From contig CBDCFW010000006.1 in assembly GCA_965216465.1 (NCBI GenBank), positions 32,001 through 96,000 of the forward strand: a DNA stretch of 64,000 nt, in the 5' to 3' direction. The position numbers and the translations under genes are program-made. Source of the stretch: Bacteroidia bacterium. GTDB taxonomy: Bacteria > Bacteroidota > Bacteroidia > NS11-12g > UBA9320. The notes under the pieces were generated by a model. The model had not been told where the DNA came from and searched no databases. It saw only the letters and a list, made by a program, of their open reading frames with translations. Shown here one piece after another: positions 20,516-29,788 of the stretch (within the stretch, counting starts at the first letter, position 1; the number at the start of each line of letters is the position of its first letter).

Positions 20516-21145
20516 ATGACAGCGTCAACAAATATTTCTTTTGAGAATAAGGGAGCGGCGTACACGCTTGGTAATCAAGGTGACAAGCTCATTTTTGTTT
20601 TGCACGGTTACGGTCAACTAGCCAAATATTTCATCCAGAAATTCGACAAAATTGTTGAGCTGGGCTACAACGTGGTTGCCCCAGAAGGTTTGCATCGATT
20701 TTACCTCAAAGGCAATAGTGGACGAGTTGGTGCCAGCTGGATGACTAAAGAAAATCGAGAGTTAGATATTGCCAATTACATCAGCTACCTTAATGAAGTA
20801 TATCGGCAAGTCAAAAAACAAAAGAAATGGAACAAAATTGTGGTGCTAGGTTTTAGTCAAGGTGTGGCAACGGCTTTTCGGTGGGTGGCAGATGGACAAA
20901 TAAAACCCAATCAACTGTTGATCTGCAGTGGAATGATCCCGCCTGATGTTAATCTAGAAGAAAACAGTGCTGTATTCGACTCAATTGATATGACCTACTT
21001 TACTGGAAAGCAAGATCCTTTCAGAACAGAGGAGGCGGTTGTTAGTTTCCAAGCAAGGCTCAAATCATTTAACCACCCCATTGAAGTCATAGAATTTGAT
21101 GGTGTTCATGAAGTTAATGTTGATGAAGTGCTAAAATTCCTTTAG
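20516..21145 (+). CDS. Alpha/beta hydrolase (esterase/phospholipase)
   Basis: LHGYGQ, GFSQG nucleophile elbow and GVH catalytic His. Confidence 0.85.
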   Translation: MTASTNISFENKGAAYTLGNQGDKLIFVLHGYGQLAKYFIQKFDKIVELGYNVVAPEGLHRFYLKGNSGRVGASWMTKENRELDIANYISYLNEVYRQVKKQKKWNKIVVLGFSQGVATAFRWVADGQIKPNQLLICSGMIPPDVNLEENSAVFDSIDMTYFTGKQDPFRTEEAVVSFQARLKSFNHPIEVIEFDGVHEVNVDEVLKFL

Positions 21146-21979
21146 ACTCAAATCTAAGCTTTTCACAGAGTGCGTAAGAGCTCCAACTGAAATGAAATCA
21201 ACCCCAGTTTCTGCATAGCTTCGAATAGTGTCTTCTGTAATTCCTCCGCTTGCTTCTGTTTCACATTGCCCGTTCACTAGTTTAACCCCTTTCACCATTA
21301 ATTCAGGTGAGAAGTTATCAAACATAATGCGATCAACATGACCTGTGGCTAATGCTTCCTTAACTTCTTCTAAGTTTCGCGTCTCTACTTCAATTTGAAG
21401 TGATTTCCCTTTCTTATTTAGGTATTTGACGGTTTGATTAACAGCAGCTGTAATTCCACCAGCGTAGTCGTTGTGATTGTCTTTCAGCATTACCATGTCG
21501 TACAATCCAATTCTGTGATTTTCTCCTCCACCAAGTTTTACGGCGTACTTTTCAAACACGCGTAGACCAGGAGTAGTTTTTCGGGTATCTAACAGCCGAG
21601 CACCTGTCCCCTCAATTTTGTCTACCAAACGTTTGGTAATAGTTGATATCCCACTCATGCGTTGCATGAAATTCAGCATTAGGCGTTCAGCTTGTAAGAT
21701 GCTGTGTACATTACCCTCAACTGTAAAAGCAATATCCCCTTGGGTCACTTCACTTCCTTCATCAATAAATCGATTGAACACCACCTGCTCATCGATTTTT
21801 TTCATGATATGCTCAGCTAAATGTATTCCGGCTATAACTCCTTGGTCTTTCACCAATAATCGAGCTTTGCCTTGTACCCCATTTGTAATTGACCCCGCAC
21901 TGGAATGATCACCATCGCCAATGTCTTCTAATATCGCTAGGTCAATAATATTACTTACGAATGGATCGCTGAAATTCAT
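21131..21979 (-). CDS. nadC: Quinolinate phosphoribosyltransferase
   Basis: LLDTRKTTPGLR, NHRIGLYD, LKDNH, EASGG and SVGALTHS. Confidence 0.96.
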   Translation of the reverse strand: MNFSDPFVSNIIDLAILEDIGDGDHSSAGSITNGVQGKARLLVKDQGVIAGIHLAEHIMKKIDEQVVFNRFIDEGSEVTQGDIAFTVEGNVHSILQAERLMLNFMQRMSGISTITKRLVDKIEGTGARLLDTRKTTPGLRVFEKYAVKLGGGENHRIGLYDMVMLKDNHNDYAGGITAAVNQTVKYLNKKGKSLQIEVETRNLEEVKEALATGHVDRIMFDNFSPELMVKGVKLVNGQCETEASGGITEDTIRSYAETGVDFISVGALTHSVKSLDLSLKEF

Positions 21980-21983
21980 ACAG

Positions 21984-21991
21984 CAAAGCTA
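21984..21991 (-). promoter_or_regulatory. -7 box TAGCTTTG of nadC (near-leaderless)
   Basis: Exact TAnnTTTG match 4 nt upstream of the ATG. Confidence 0.55.
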
Positions 21992-22051
21992 AATCTATTT
22001 CATCTATATTTTTGGAATACTTTTGAAGAAATTTAATGCCAAAAACACTAC

Positions 22052-22756
22052 ATGCCTAATAACTTGTTCTTCGATCTTGACCACACCATTTGGGACTTCG
22101 AGACCAATGCAAATGAAACGCTTCGTGAGCTGTATCATTTCTATGAACTTCACAAGTTTTCTTCAAATTCTGAAGACGACTTCTTGGCGATTTACCACAA
22201 GAACAATGACAAGCTTTGGGACCTGTATCGCCAGCATAAAATTGAAAAGCCGCTGTTGCGCACCAAACGCTTTACCGATACCTTTATAGAAATGGGTGTG
22301 AAAGAAGCCGATGTTCCTACTTCAATTTGGGACCACTACCTTGAAGTTTGTCCAACAAAAACCGCATTGATACCAGGAGCAATTGAAACCCTCGATTATT
22401 TGGCTTCTCGTTACCGACTTCATCTAATTACAAATGGTTTTGCTGAAACGCAACGCAGAAAACTTAAAAACTCCAGGTTAGATCATTATTTTGATACATT
22501 GACCATTTCTGAAGAGGTTGGTGTTCAAAAACCTCATCCTCTAATCTTTTCTACTGCACTTAAGAATGCGGGCAGCAAAGAATCTACCAGCACCTATGTT
22601 GGTGACAATGAAATTGCTGATGTAATGGGTGGATTAAATTCTGGGTGGAAGGTATTTTGGTACAATCCAATGAACAAAGATTTATCAAGTGATTTGGTTG
22701 CAAATGCCAATTTGCGGTTTTTGAGTCACCTTACCGAACTAAAAAATCATCTATGA
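22052..22756 (+). CDS. yjjG: YjjG-family HAD pyrimidine nucleotidase
   Basis: FFDLDHTIWDF, ITNG, KPHP and VGDN..ADV. Confidence 0.85.
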   Translation: MPNNLFFDLDHTIWDFETNANETLRELYHFYELHKFSSNSEDDFLAIYHKNNDKLWDLYRQHKIEKPLLRTKRFTDTFIEMGVKEADVPTSIWDHYLEVCPTKTALIPGAIETLDYLASRYRLHLITNGFAETQRRKLKNSRLDHYFDTLTISEEVGVQKPHPLIFSTALKNAGSKESTSTYVGDNEIADVMGGLNSGWKVFWYNPMNKDLSSDLVANANLRFLSHLTELKNHL

Positions 22757-23749
22757 TTATTTGTTCATCATAAGCCACAACTTATCTTTAAGTTGTTGGA
22801 TGTTGAATCCGGATACCGACGAGATAAATAGATGCTCACAGTCGAGATCAAGTTCACTTTCCATTTCATTTTTGAGTTCATCATCAAGCATATCTGCTTT
22901 CGTGATAGCAACTATGCGGTCTTTAAACAGCAGTTCTTTGTTGAACTTTTCAAGTTCGGTTAGCAGAATTCGGTACTCTTTGTTAATGTCATCACTGTCT
23001 GCAGGAATCATAAACAGCAGAGCTGCATTACGCTCTATGTGGCGTAAGAATCGATGTCCCAGACCTTTACCTTCACTAGCACCTTCTATAATACCTGGAA
23101 TATCTGCTACTATAAACGACTTAAACTCATGGTACTTTACAATACCCAGGTTTGGAGTTAAAGTTGTAAATGCATAATCGGCAATTTCAGGCTTTGCAGC
23201 AGAAACTACAGATAAGAAAGTAGATTTTCCTGCATTGGGGAAACCAACTAAACCTACATCGGCAAGTACTTTCAATTCCAGAATCTTCCACTCTTCCTTT
23301 CCCGGTTCACCCGGCTGGGCATATTTAGGGGCCTGATTGGTTGGGCTTTTAAAATGAGAATTTCCTAGTCCGCCCCTCCCACCTTCAACCAGCGTCATTT
23401 TTTGACCGTCTTCGGTAATTTCACCCAGCACTTCAAAAGTCTCTGGATCTTTAACAACTGTTCCTAATGGAACTTCAACGATTTGGTTTTGGCCAGATTT
23501 TCCCGTTTTATGTTTTTTGCCCCCATTGGCTCCATTCTCGCAAAAAACATGGCGTTTGTATTTGAGATGTAGCAAGGTCCAAAGTTGAGCATTTCCTTTT
23601 AAAATAACAGAACCTCCTTTACCTCCATCACCTCCGTCTGGACCACCTTTACTATTCAGGTTGTCGCGAAAAAAACTGTGGCTACCCGCACCTCCTTTGC
23701 CACTTCTGCAGCAAATTTTTACGTAGTCGATGAAGTTCTGATTGCTCAT
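22757..23749 (-). CDS. obgE: GTPase Obg/CgtA
   Basis: Gly-rich Obg fold, [18 protein letters not shown] and TKAD. Confidence 0.96.
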   Translation of the reverse strand: MSNQNFIDYVKICCRSGKGGAGSHSFFRDNLNSKGGPDGGDGGKGGSVILKGNAQLWTLLHLKYKRHVFCENGANGGKKHKTGKSGQNQIVEVPLGTVVKDPETFEVLGEITEDGQKMTLVEGGRGGLGNSHFKSPTNQAPKYAQPGEPGKEEWKILELKVLADVGLVGFPNAGKSTFLSVVSAAKPEIADYAFTTLTPNLGIVKYHEFKSFIVADIPGIIEGASEGKGLGHRFLRHIERNAALLFMIPADSDDINKEYRILLTELEKFNKELLFKDRIVAITKADMLDDELKNEMESELDLDCEHLFISSVSGFNIQQLKDKLWLMMNK

Positions 23750-23754
23750 GGCAA

Positions 23755-24333
23755 TTATCCTATTTTAGCGTCAATGGCATGGCAAAGACGATCAAATATT
23801 TCGTCGATTGAACCCATACCGTGTACTCCTACATACTTATCTTGATCGGAGTAGTATTTAGCTAGCGGAGATGTTTCATCTTCGTAAACACGAAAACGAT
23901 TTCTTATTGTATTTTCATCTTGATCATCAGCTCTTCCACTTGTTTTTCCTCTTTCAAGTAAACGTTTAACAAGCTCATCTTCTTCTACTTCAAGGGCTAC
24001 CATCATAGAAATTTCCTTCCCAGATTTAGCTAATAATTGATCAAGTGCATTTCCTTGTGCAATTGTTCTAGGGTAACCATCAAAGATTACACCGTTCGGA
24101 TTAGGGTTTCGTTCAAGAAAATCTGCCACCATATTATTAGTGACTTCATCAGGAACCAATTCTCCTTTATCGATATAACTTTTTGCAAGTTTACCTAGCT
24201 CTGTATCGTTCTTCATATTATATCTGAACACATCCCCAGTTGAAAGATGAGTAACCCCATACTTTTCAATTATCTTCTCGCTTTGTGTTCCTTTTCCGGC
24301 ACCTGGAGGGCCAAATAAAATGATATTCAACAT
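23755..24333 (-). CDS. adk: Adenylate kinase
   Basis: [20 protein letters not shown] and GRADD; -7 box TAACTTTG at 24351-24358. Confidence 0.96.
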   Translation of the reverse strand: MLNIILFGPPGAGKGTQSEKIIEKYGVTHLSTGDVFRYNMKNDTELGKLAKSYIDKGELVPDEVTNNMVADFLERNPNPNGVIFDGYPRTIAQGNALDQLLAKSGKEISMMVALEVEEDELVKRLLERGKTSGRADDQDENTIRNRFRVYEDETSPLAKYYSDQDKYVGVHGMGSIDEIFDRLCHAIDAKIG

Positions 24334-24400
24334 ACTTTATATTGTTGCGGCAAAGTTATACCGTTTGGTAAAACATGCTTAGATTATTTCCACATTCCTT

Positions 24401-25885
24401 CTACTTTCTTAGGACAAGATTCTTTGCTTTCCCGTACAAACGATTGAGCTCATCCGAAACATTCAATTTAAGAACAATGAAGGTGTATGCAACAAGCACC
24501 GCTCCAGGCCAAACTGTTAAATTAAGCCAAACATTTTCGAATCGAGGTGCGAATTGAATTGCTGCAAAGATGACTATGCCTAAAATTAGAATTTTGAGCG
24601 TATCAACTGAAAAAGGTTCTAATTTAAATCGAATCTTTAGGTACAAATACTTCAATAAGTTGAATAAGAATATTGAGATTAAGGTAGAAACGGCTGCACC
24701 TTCTATACCATATATTGGGATTAGGTAGACGTTTAGAACAACATTTACAAATGAAAGAAAGAGAAGAAACACGAAATACATCACATACTTCTCAGACATT
24801 GACAAGATTTGACTGTTCAAGCCTGAGACCATATCTACCAATTTTGAACCCGCCAAAATCAGTATTACATATTTCCCTGCAGCAAACTGATCTCCTTTGG
24901 GCATAATTTCAAATATACCATCTAATGCAGACCACATAATAAGAAAGACTCCAAGCCCAAGTACAAAAAGATTAATTGATGATTTCTTGTACATCGTATT
25001 AATGCTATCCAATTCGTTTTTAGCCCAATGACCAGCAATTAGTGGTGAACTTATAGATGAAATAAGAGTTAGTGGAATGATAATAGTGTTCGAAACAAAC
25101 ATTGCTACACTGTAAATACCATTCTCAAATGTATTCTGAATAGACGTCACCATTACGGTGTCAATTCGTGTAGCTAAATGGCTCCCTAATCCAGCCAACA
25201 CCCCAAAAAGAGCATATCTCATTATTCCTAAGAACTCACCTTTTGGAATATTTTTGACCATTGAAAAGTCAACTCCTATATTTCCTATTTTTCGGAGGTA
25301 AACAATAAATACTCCCAACATAAGAAGGTGATGAGCAACAAGGCCATACAATAAAGCTTCAAACGAGATATATTGAAAAAAGTAAAGCAAACACAAAATT
25401 GGAAGTGTTACTTTAATCAAATTATTCAATACGGATGGAACTGCAATTCTTTTTAGATTAGAGCAGAAACTGTTGGCTAATGATGAAAATGACATCACTA
25501 TAGTGAGCATAACCAGCAGCTTTATGGCCAAAGGGCTTACACCAGAGTGCGTTGTGTAGTAGTCAATTAGACCCTCATTAAATAAGAAGTATACCAATAA
25601 CAGTAGTATTCCACTAAAGAAAGGTGGAAGCATTATGAATGTAAAAAATGCCGAATTCTTCCCTTCTTCAACATACTTAGAAAAGTACTTGTAAGAAACT
25701 GCAGTAAAGCCAAATACCATAAAAGGTACTAGCATAGCAGCTGTTTGAAGTACAAACTGAATTTCCCCTAATTCCTCAATTTCAAGCGTTGAAGGATAGA
25801 TTATGATTGTATTCAATACTCCAAGTGCCGTGGCCAGGTAGCTTACCAGACTTGACTTTGCACCTTGTCGTATAATTACTCCCAT
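24401..25885 (-). CDS. wzx: Wzx-type oligosaccharide flippase (MOP superfamily)
   Basis: About 14 TM; MGVIIRQ start, ID..M...GIYS and LIPIYGIEGAAVST. Confidence 0.85.
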   Translation of the reverse strand: MGVIIRQGAKSSLVSYLATALGVLNTIIIYPSTLEIEELGEIQFVLQTAAMLVPFMVFGFTAVSYKYFSKYVEEGKNSAFFTFIMLPPFFSGILLLLVYFLFNEGLIDYYTTHSGVSPLAIKLLVMLTIVMSFSSLANSFCSNLKRIAVPSVLNNLIKVTLPILCLLYFFQYISFEALLYGLVAHHLLMLGVFIVYLRKIGNIGVDFSMVKNIPKGEFLGIMRYALFGVLAGLGSHLATRIDTVMVTSIQNTFENGIYSVAMFVSNTIIIPLTLISSISSPLIAGHWAKNELDSINTMYKKSSINLFVLGLGVFLIMWSALDGIFEIMPKGDQFAAGKYVILILAGSKLVDMVSGLNSQILSMSEKYVMYFVFLLFLSFVNVVLNVYLIPIYGIEGAAVSTLISIFLFNLLKYLYLKIRFKLEPFSVDTLKILILGIVIFAAIQFAPRFENVWLNLTVWPGAVLVAYTFIVLKLNVSDELNRLYGKAKNLVLRK

Positions 25886-25886
25886 T

Positions 25887-26621
25887 TTAGTAGTCTAGGT
25901 CCAACAGAGCACCTCCAATACCTCCATTGTACTGAATATCTGAGCCATTTAGAAAGCGGTTATTGGATGAAACCAGAGTGCATATGAAATCTGCTAATGA
26001 TTTTGGACTTCCCAAGGTTTGAGAGGGGTGTATTTCAGCCAATTCATCTAGCTTATCTTGATTATAATCAAAGCCTTCTTTTAACATTTCAGTTTCTATA
26101 GCAGCTGGGCTCACTGAGTTTACTGTAATTCGCCCTTTGAATTCTACCGCAAGTGATTTTGTTAGCCCTACAAGTGCCGCTTTCGAGGTTGCATAGGCAA
26201 AAAAACCAGGTTTTGTGAGGTTTGCATGGATGCTGGCAATATTTAAAATCTGTCCCTTTTGCTCCGTCAAACTTGCGACAAAGGCTTTACTAAGCATAAA
26301 GGCAGAAGTTAAATTGACATTCATGGTGGTGTTCCACATTTCAACACTGAATTCTTCTATCTTCCCAAGTATTTGAGTCGCTGCATTATTAATCAAAACT
26401 TCAGGGCTGTATTCAGCGAGTTCTACCAATACTTTAGCCTGATAATCCGTATCTGAAATTAAGCGATTTAGATCTAGAGGTTGATATGCATTGCAGAAAT
26501 TATGTGTCGGCTCATCTGCTTTATCTGAAGCTATTACATAATATCCTTTTGCAGTGAACGCCTCGCACAGGGCACTTCCAATGCCACCATTTGCTCCCGA
26601 TATAAATATGCTCTTTATCAT
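25887..26621 (-). CDS. Short-chain dehydrogenase/reductase
   Basis: GANGGIG, NNAA, YATSK and VNSVSP. Confidence 0.9.
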   Translation of the reverse strand: MIKSIFISGANGGIGSALCEAFTAKGYYVIASDKADEPTHNFCNAYQPLDLNRLISDTDYQAKVLVELAEYSPEVLINNAATQILGKIEEFSVEMWNTTMNVNLTSAFMLSKAFVASLTEQKGQILNIASIHANLTKPGFFAYATSKAALVGLTKSLAVEFKGRITVNSVSPAAIETEMLKEGFDYNQDKLDELAEIHPSQTLGSPKSLADFICTLVSSNNRFLNGSDIQYNGGIGGALLDLDY

Positions 26622-27541
26622 TTAATTCCAAGATATTCAAACAACGTAGCTATCGCTTTGTAACTTGTTTTATCTACAGCTTCTTTTGTGTTTGAACCGT
26701 TATGACTTCCAAACATACAATTTTCAAACTCATTTAGCGGAGAAGTTGTCGACAGTGGTTCTACTTCAAACACATCTAACCCCGCACCTGCAATACCATT
26801 TCTTTTTAAACATTGTACGAGCGCATCCTCGTCAATTAATGGGCCACGGGATACATTAACGATGTAACATGTTTCTTTCAATTTTCTAAGAATGTCGTCA
26901 TTGATCAGGTGGTGCGTTGATGGATTTAATGCACAAGCCAAAAAGAGATAGTCTAAGTCTTCAACTCCTTCTGGAAACTGCTTAACCGGTACACCGTAGT
27001 CGGATTCTGCAAAAGGGTCGTAGGCACAAACATCCATATCAAATGCTTTTAATTTTCTTGCAATTCCTTTTCCAATATCGCCAAATCCTACAACACCAAC
27101 TTTCTTTCCAACCGTTGAATTACCAACAGGTTTAATCCAATTTCCTTTTCGAACTTCACGATCTATGATGTGCAGTTTTCGAGTTAGGTTTAGCATCAGA
27201 CCAATCGCAACATCCGACACTTCATTACCGAACATTCCAGGGGTATTCGTAATAGGGATATTCAATCGCTTGCAAGCGTCAAAATCTACATTATCGACAC
27301 CCACTCCCCATTTTACCGCTGCCTTAAGATTTCCTTTAACCCCAGCTTCAAATACATTTGAATTGGCCGGATCATCTCCGATAATCCAACCATCCATTGT
27401 TGGTACCAATTCGATTAATTCTTCTTCCGTTAAAACTTGAACGACGTTTGGTGCTATTAATTCAACACCTTTTTCTTCAAACAAATGACGATAATCATCA
27501 ATTTGTTTTAACATCGGAGGACAAGTAACTAGTATTCTCAT
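26618..27541 (-). CDS. D-isomer-specific 2-hydroxyacid dehydrogenase (SerA-like)
   Basis: GVGVDNVD, NTPG, GFGDIG, NVSRG, LDVFEVEP and SHNGS. Confidence 0.9.
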   Translation of the reverse strand: MRILVTCPPMLKQIDDYRHLFEEKGVELIAPNVVQVLTEEELIELVPTMDGWIIGDDPANSNVFEAGVKGNLKAAVKWGVGVDNVDFDACKRLNIPITNTPGMFGNEVSDVAIGLMLNLTRKLHIIDREVRKGNWIKPVGNSTVGKKVGVVGFGDIGKGIARKLKAFDMDVCAYDPFAESDYGVPVKQFPEGVEDLDYLFLACALNPSTHHLINDDILRKLKETCYIVNVSRGPLIDEDALVQCLKRNGIAGAGLDVFEVEPLSTTSPLNEFENCMFGSHNGSNTKEAVDKTSYKAIATLFEYLGIK

Positions 27542-28209
27542 TTTTTGTTGTTCAAGTAAATAGCTTCTGCAATCAAAAATTCTTGTTCTGTATCAATATC
27601 TTGAGCTTCAATCTGCTCAGTTTCAAACATCAACGGACGATCACCTATTCTATTATGCTTGTTCCTTAAGATTTCTTCGGTAAATAGATAAATGCATGAA
27701 TTTTCCTCATAAACAGGAGGAAGATCTTGAGTTGGCAGCAATATATTCGGGTTGTGATTCAGCGGTTGCGTTAGCTCATTCCATAATCGGGTTTGGAGTC
27801 TGGTGACACTAAATAATGAATCATAAATTGGATATTTATCTAAGAACTGTCCAATGGCTTTGTCAATACTCTCAACTGTTAGCAATGGGTTGGTGCTGTG
27901 CGTTTGAAGATAGAAATTAGATTCAACTTGAGAAATCGTATTCAACAACACATCGTTCATTGGGGTATCTCCAGGGCGCAGGTGCTCTGGCCTTAGTAAG
28001 ACCTTAACATCTGGATATTCTTCATTCAGTTTATCCATGATGGTTTGGCTATCGGTGTCGACCACAACTTGATCTATTTTTGAGCTTTTCAGCAGCGTTT
28101 GCAAGATGTGTTCAAATAATAACTTATCTCCAAACTGTCGGTAGTTTTTGCCCGGCACACGCTCGCTTGAGTGCTTCATTGGCAATATTGCAACTATATT
28201 ATTTTTCAT
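27538..28209 (-). CDS. NeuA/KdsB-family (CMP-ulosonate) cytidylyltransferase
   Basis: PMKHSSERVPGKN (variant of PARxxSxRxPxKN), VDTDS, QTHSTNP, EENS and DIDT. Confidence 0.85.
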   Translation of the reverse strand: MKNNIVAILPMKHSSERVPGKNYRQFGDKLLFEHILQTLLKSSKIDQVVVDTDSQTIMDKLNEEYPDVKVLLRPEHLRPGDTPMNDVLLNTISQVESNFYLQTHSTNPLLTVESIDKAIGQFLDKYPIYDSLFSVTRLQTRLWNELTQPLNHNPNILLPTQDLPPVYEENSCIYLFTEEILRNKHNRIGDRPLMFETEQIEAQDIDTEQEFLIAEAIYLNNKK

Positions 28210-28849
28210 TGATTTCTGTCAGTATGGCTCTGCACGGAGCCGCTTCTAATTCATTTAGTTTTAAAGGAAGGCAAATTAAATTATACCAACCCTCCGTTAC
28301 TTCTGTTAAGTTAATCGTTTCGAGTAAGACCGTGTCATTTTTAAGCAATTCACGATGTGTATCGTTGTGCTCATAAAATCCTTGTATTGATAAATAATCA
28401 ACACCCACCAAGTCAATATTACGCTTAACCAATGCCCTTGCTCCATCTAGGTTAAGTGCAACGAATCTATCCTCAAATGTATGTCCGTCTTTTGTCCAAA
28501 GCTTAGAGTTCTTGGTTTTGAATAGAACCTTTTCTACCCCCTCTGGAAGCTCATCTATAATTCGAGATGAAATTACATCAGCATCTCCACATTCTTTAAC
28601 AAAGCACTTGCCCAATAACTTTGAAAGCGGAATTGATTCAATAGTTTTACCTTCCTTTAAAAAGTGAAGAGGAGCATCAATATGAGTTCCGCAATGCACA
28701 TCCATTTGAATTGATGAAACATTTGCTTCTACCTCGTCATTAATTTCCATTTCTTTTCGAGAACTAAACCCTAAGCTATTAGGCCACTTCACCAGGTTTG
28801 CTGAAAGGTTTACTGATATGTCGATTGGGTTCTTAATCACGGTAGTCAA
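28199..28849 (-). CDS. Cyclase-family (kynurenine formamidase-like) metal hydrolase
   Basis: HCGTHIDAPLH, GVDYLS, H..LL...LLE and LPLKL...EAAPCRA. Confidence 0.88.
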   Translation of the reverse strand: MTTVIKNPIDISVNLSANLVKWPNSLGFSSRKEMEINDEVEANVSSIQMDVHCGTHIDAPLHFLKEGKTIESIPLSKLLGKCFVKECGDADVISSRIIDELPEGVEKVLFKTKNSKLWTKDGHTFEDRFVALNLDGARALVKRNIDLVGVDYLSIQGFYEHNDTHRELLKNDTVLLETINLTEVTEGWYNLICLPLKLNELEAAPCRAILTEINEK

Positions 28850-29777
28850 TTGATTTTTGATTTTCAGAATTTACATTGGTTCTTTCTGTGCTAGGCGGGT
28901 AATAGTACTTTTTTCTCAATTTTTCATCCAGTTTAACATTGGTCTCTCTGTAGCCTGCATAGGTGCCCATAAACTGATTGTGTCGAAACATAAATATTTC
29001 CCGAAAGTACTTAAAAAACTTACCTTCCTTAGCCGCTTGTTGCAAGTCATGCACAACATTAATAACCATCAATTGAGTGAGGTCCCATAAACCAAATTTT
29101 GACTCTGGATTTATTTTAGTTAAGGCAATAGCTTCTCTTCGATATCTATTTCTAATGTTTGCAGCTTTTTCTTCGTGCACGTGAATTATTGTGGCCTTGC
29201 CTTCATATGCAAGTTTGTAACCTTTGGTCTGAATTTTTTTCGCCCAATCAAGGTCTTCCAATCCTGTAAGTTCTTCGTCAAATTGCTGTTCTAACCATAA
29301 CGATTTACGAACCGCACAATTGGCATTGTTACAGAACGGAATTTGTTGGTCGTAGTTTGATTCATCAGGGAACCATTGTTTAAAGATTTGATGTTCAGAA
29401 AATTTATTGCGATGGTCTCCACGCTGTTTACCATAAACAAGCGCAACCTTTTCATCATTAATAAAAGGTGCAGTCATGAGGCTTAACCAATCTTCAAACA
29501 AAGGATAAACGTGGGCACTAGCAAAAAGCAATATATCACCTGTGGCAGCCTTACATCCCACATTTAGTGCATATCCAAAAGAAAATTCTTCTGGCTTAAT
29601 CTTTATAATATTGGTATCAAACTTCGAAGCGATTGCCACAGTTGAGTCTGTAGAACCGGAATCTACCACAATCACTTCATAGTCATCGTGATCTTGATGC
29701 TCTATTCCTGTTAGTAGTTTACCGATGTGTTCTTCCTCGTTAAAACACCGAATGATGATTGAAACTTTCAAGGACAC
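28833..29777 (-). CDS. GT2 glycosyltransferase (rhamnosyltransferase-like)
   Basis: SIIIRCFNEE, VVDSGSTD, FSFGYALN, NNANC and ED motif. Confidence 0.9.
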   Translation of the reverse strand: MSLKVSIIIRCFNEEEHIGKLLTGIEHQDHDDYEVIVVDSGSTDSTVAIASKFDTNIIKIKPEEFSFGYALNVGCKAATGDILLFASAHVYPLFEDWLSLMTAPFINDEKVALVYGKQRGDHRNKFSEHQIFKQWFPDESNYDQQIPFCNNANCAVRKSLWLEQQFDEELTGLEDLDWAKKIQTKGYKLAYEGKATIIHVHEEKAANIRNRYRREAIALTKINPESKFGLWDLTQLMVINVVHDLQQAAKEGKFFKYFREIFMFRHNQFMGTYAGYRETNVKLDEKLRKKYYYPPSTERTNVNSENQKSIDYRD

Positions 29778-29788
29778 AAATTTAAGAA

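Noticed and set aside
22761-23177. Antisense or alternate-frame ORFs (for example 22761-23177, 15969-16403, 12423-12761, 48300-48614, 22023-22289)
   Set aside because: They lie within well-supported genes and show no recognisable motifs; these are typical shadow ORFs.
26618-27541. Calling this serA
   Set aside because: It lacks the C-terminal ACT region, and its context points to sugar-acid chemistry.
28199-28849. Calling the cyclase gene kynB because nadC and an aminomuconate-semialdehyde dehydrogenase are in the window
   Set aside because: It overlaps a GT2 and a cytidylyltransferase inside a glycan operon with no kynA/kynU nearby, so no symbol was assigned; not formally excluded.
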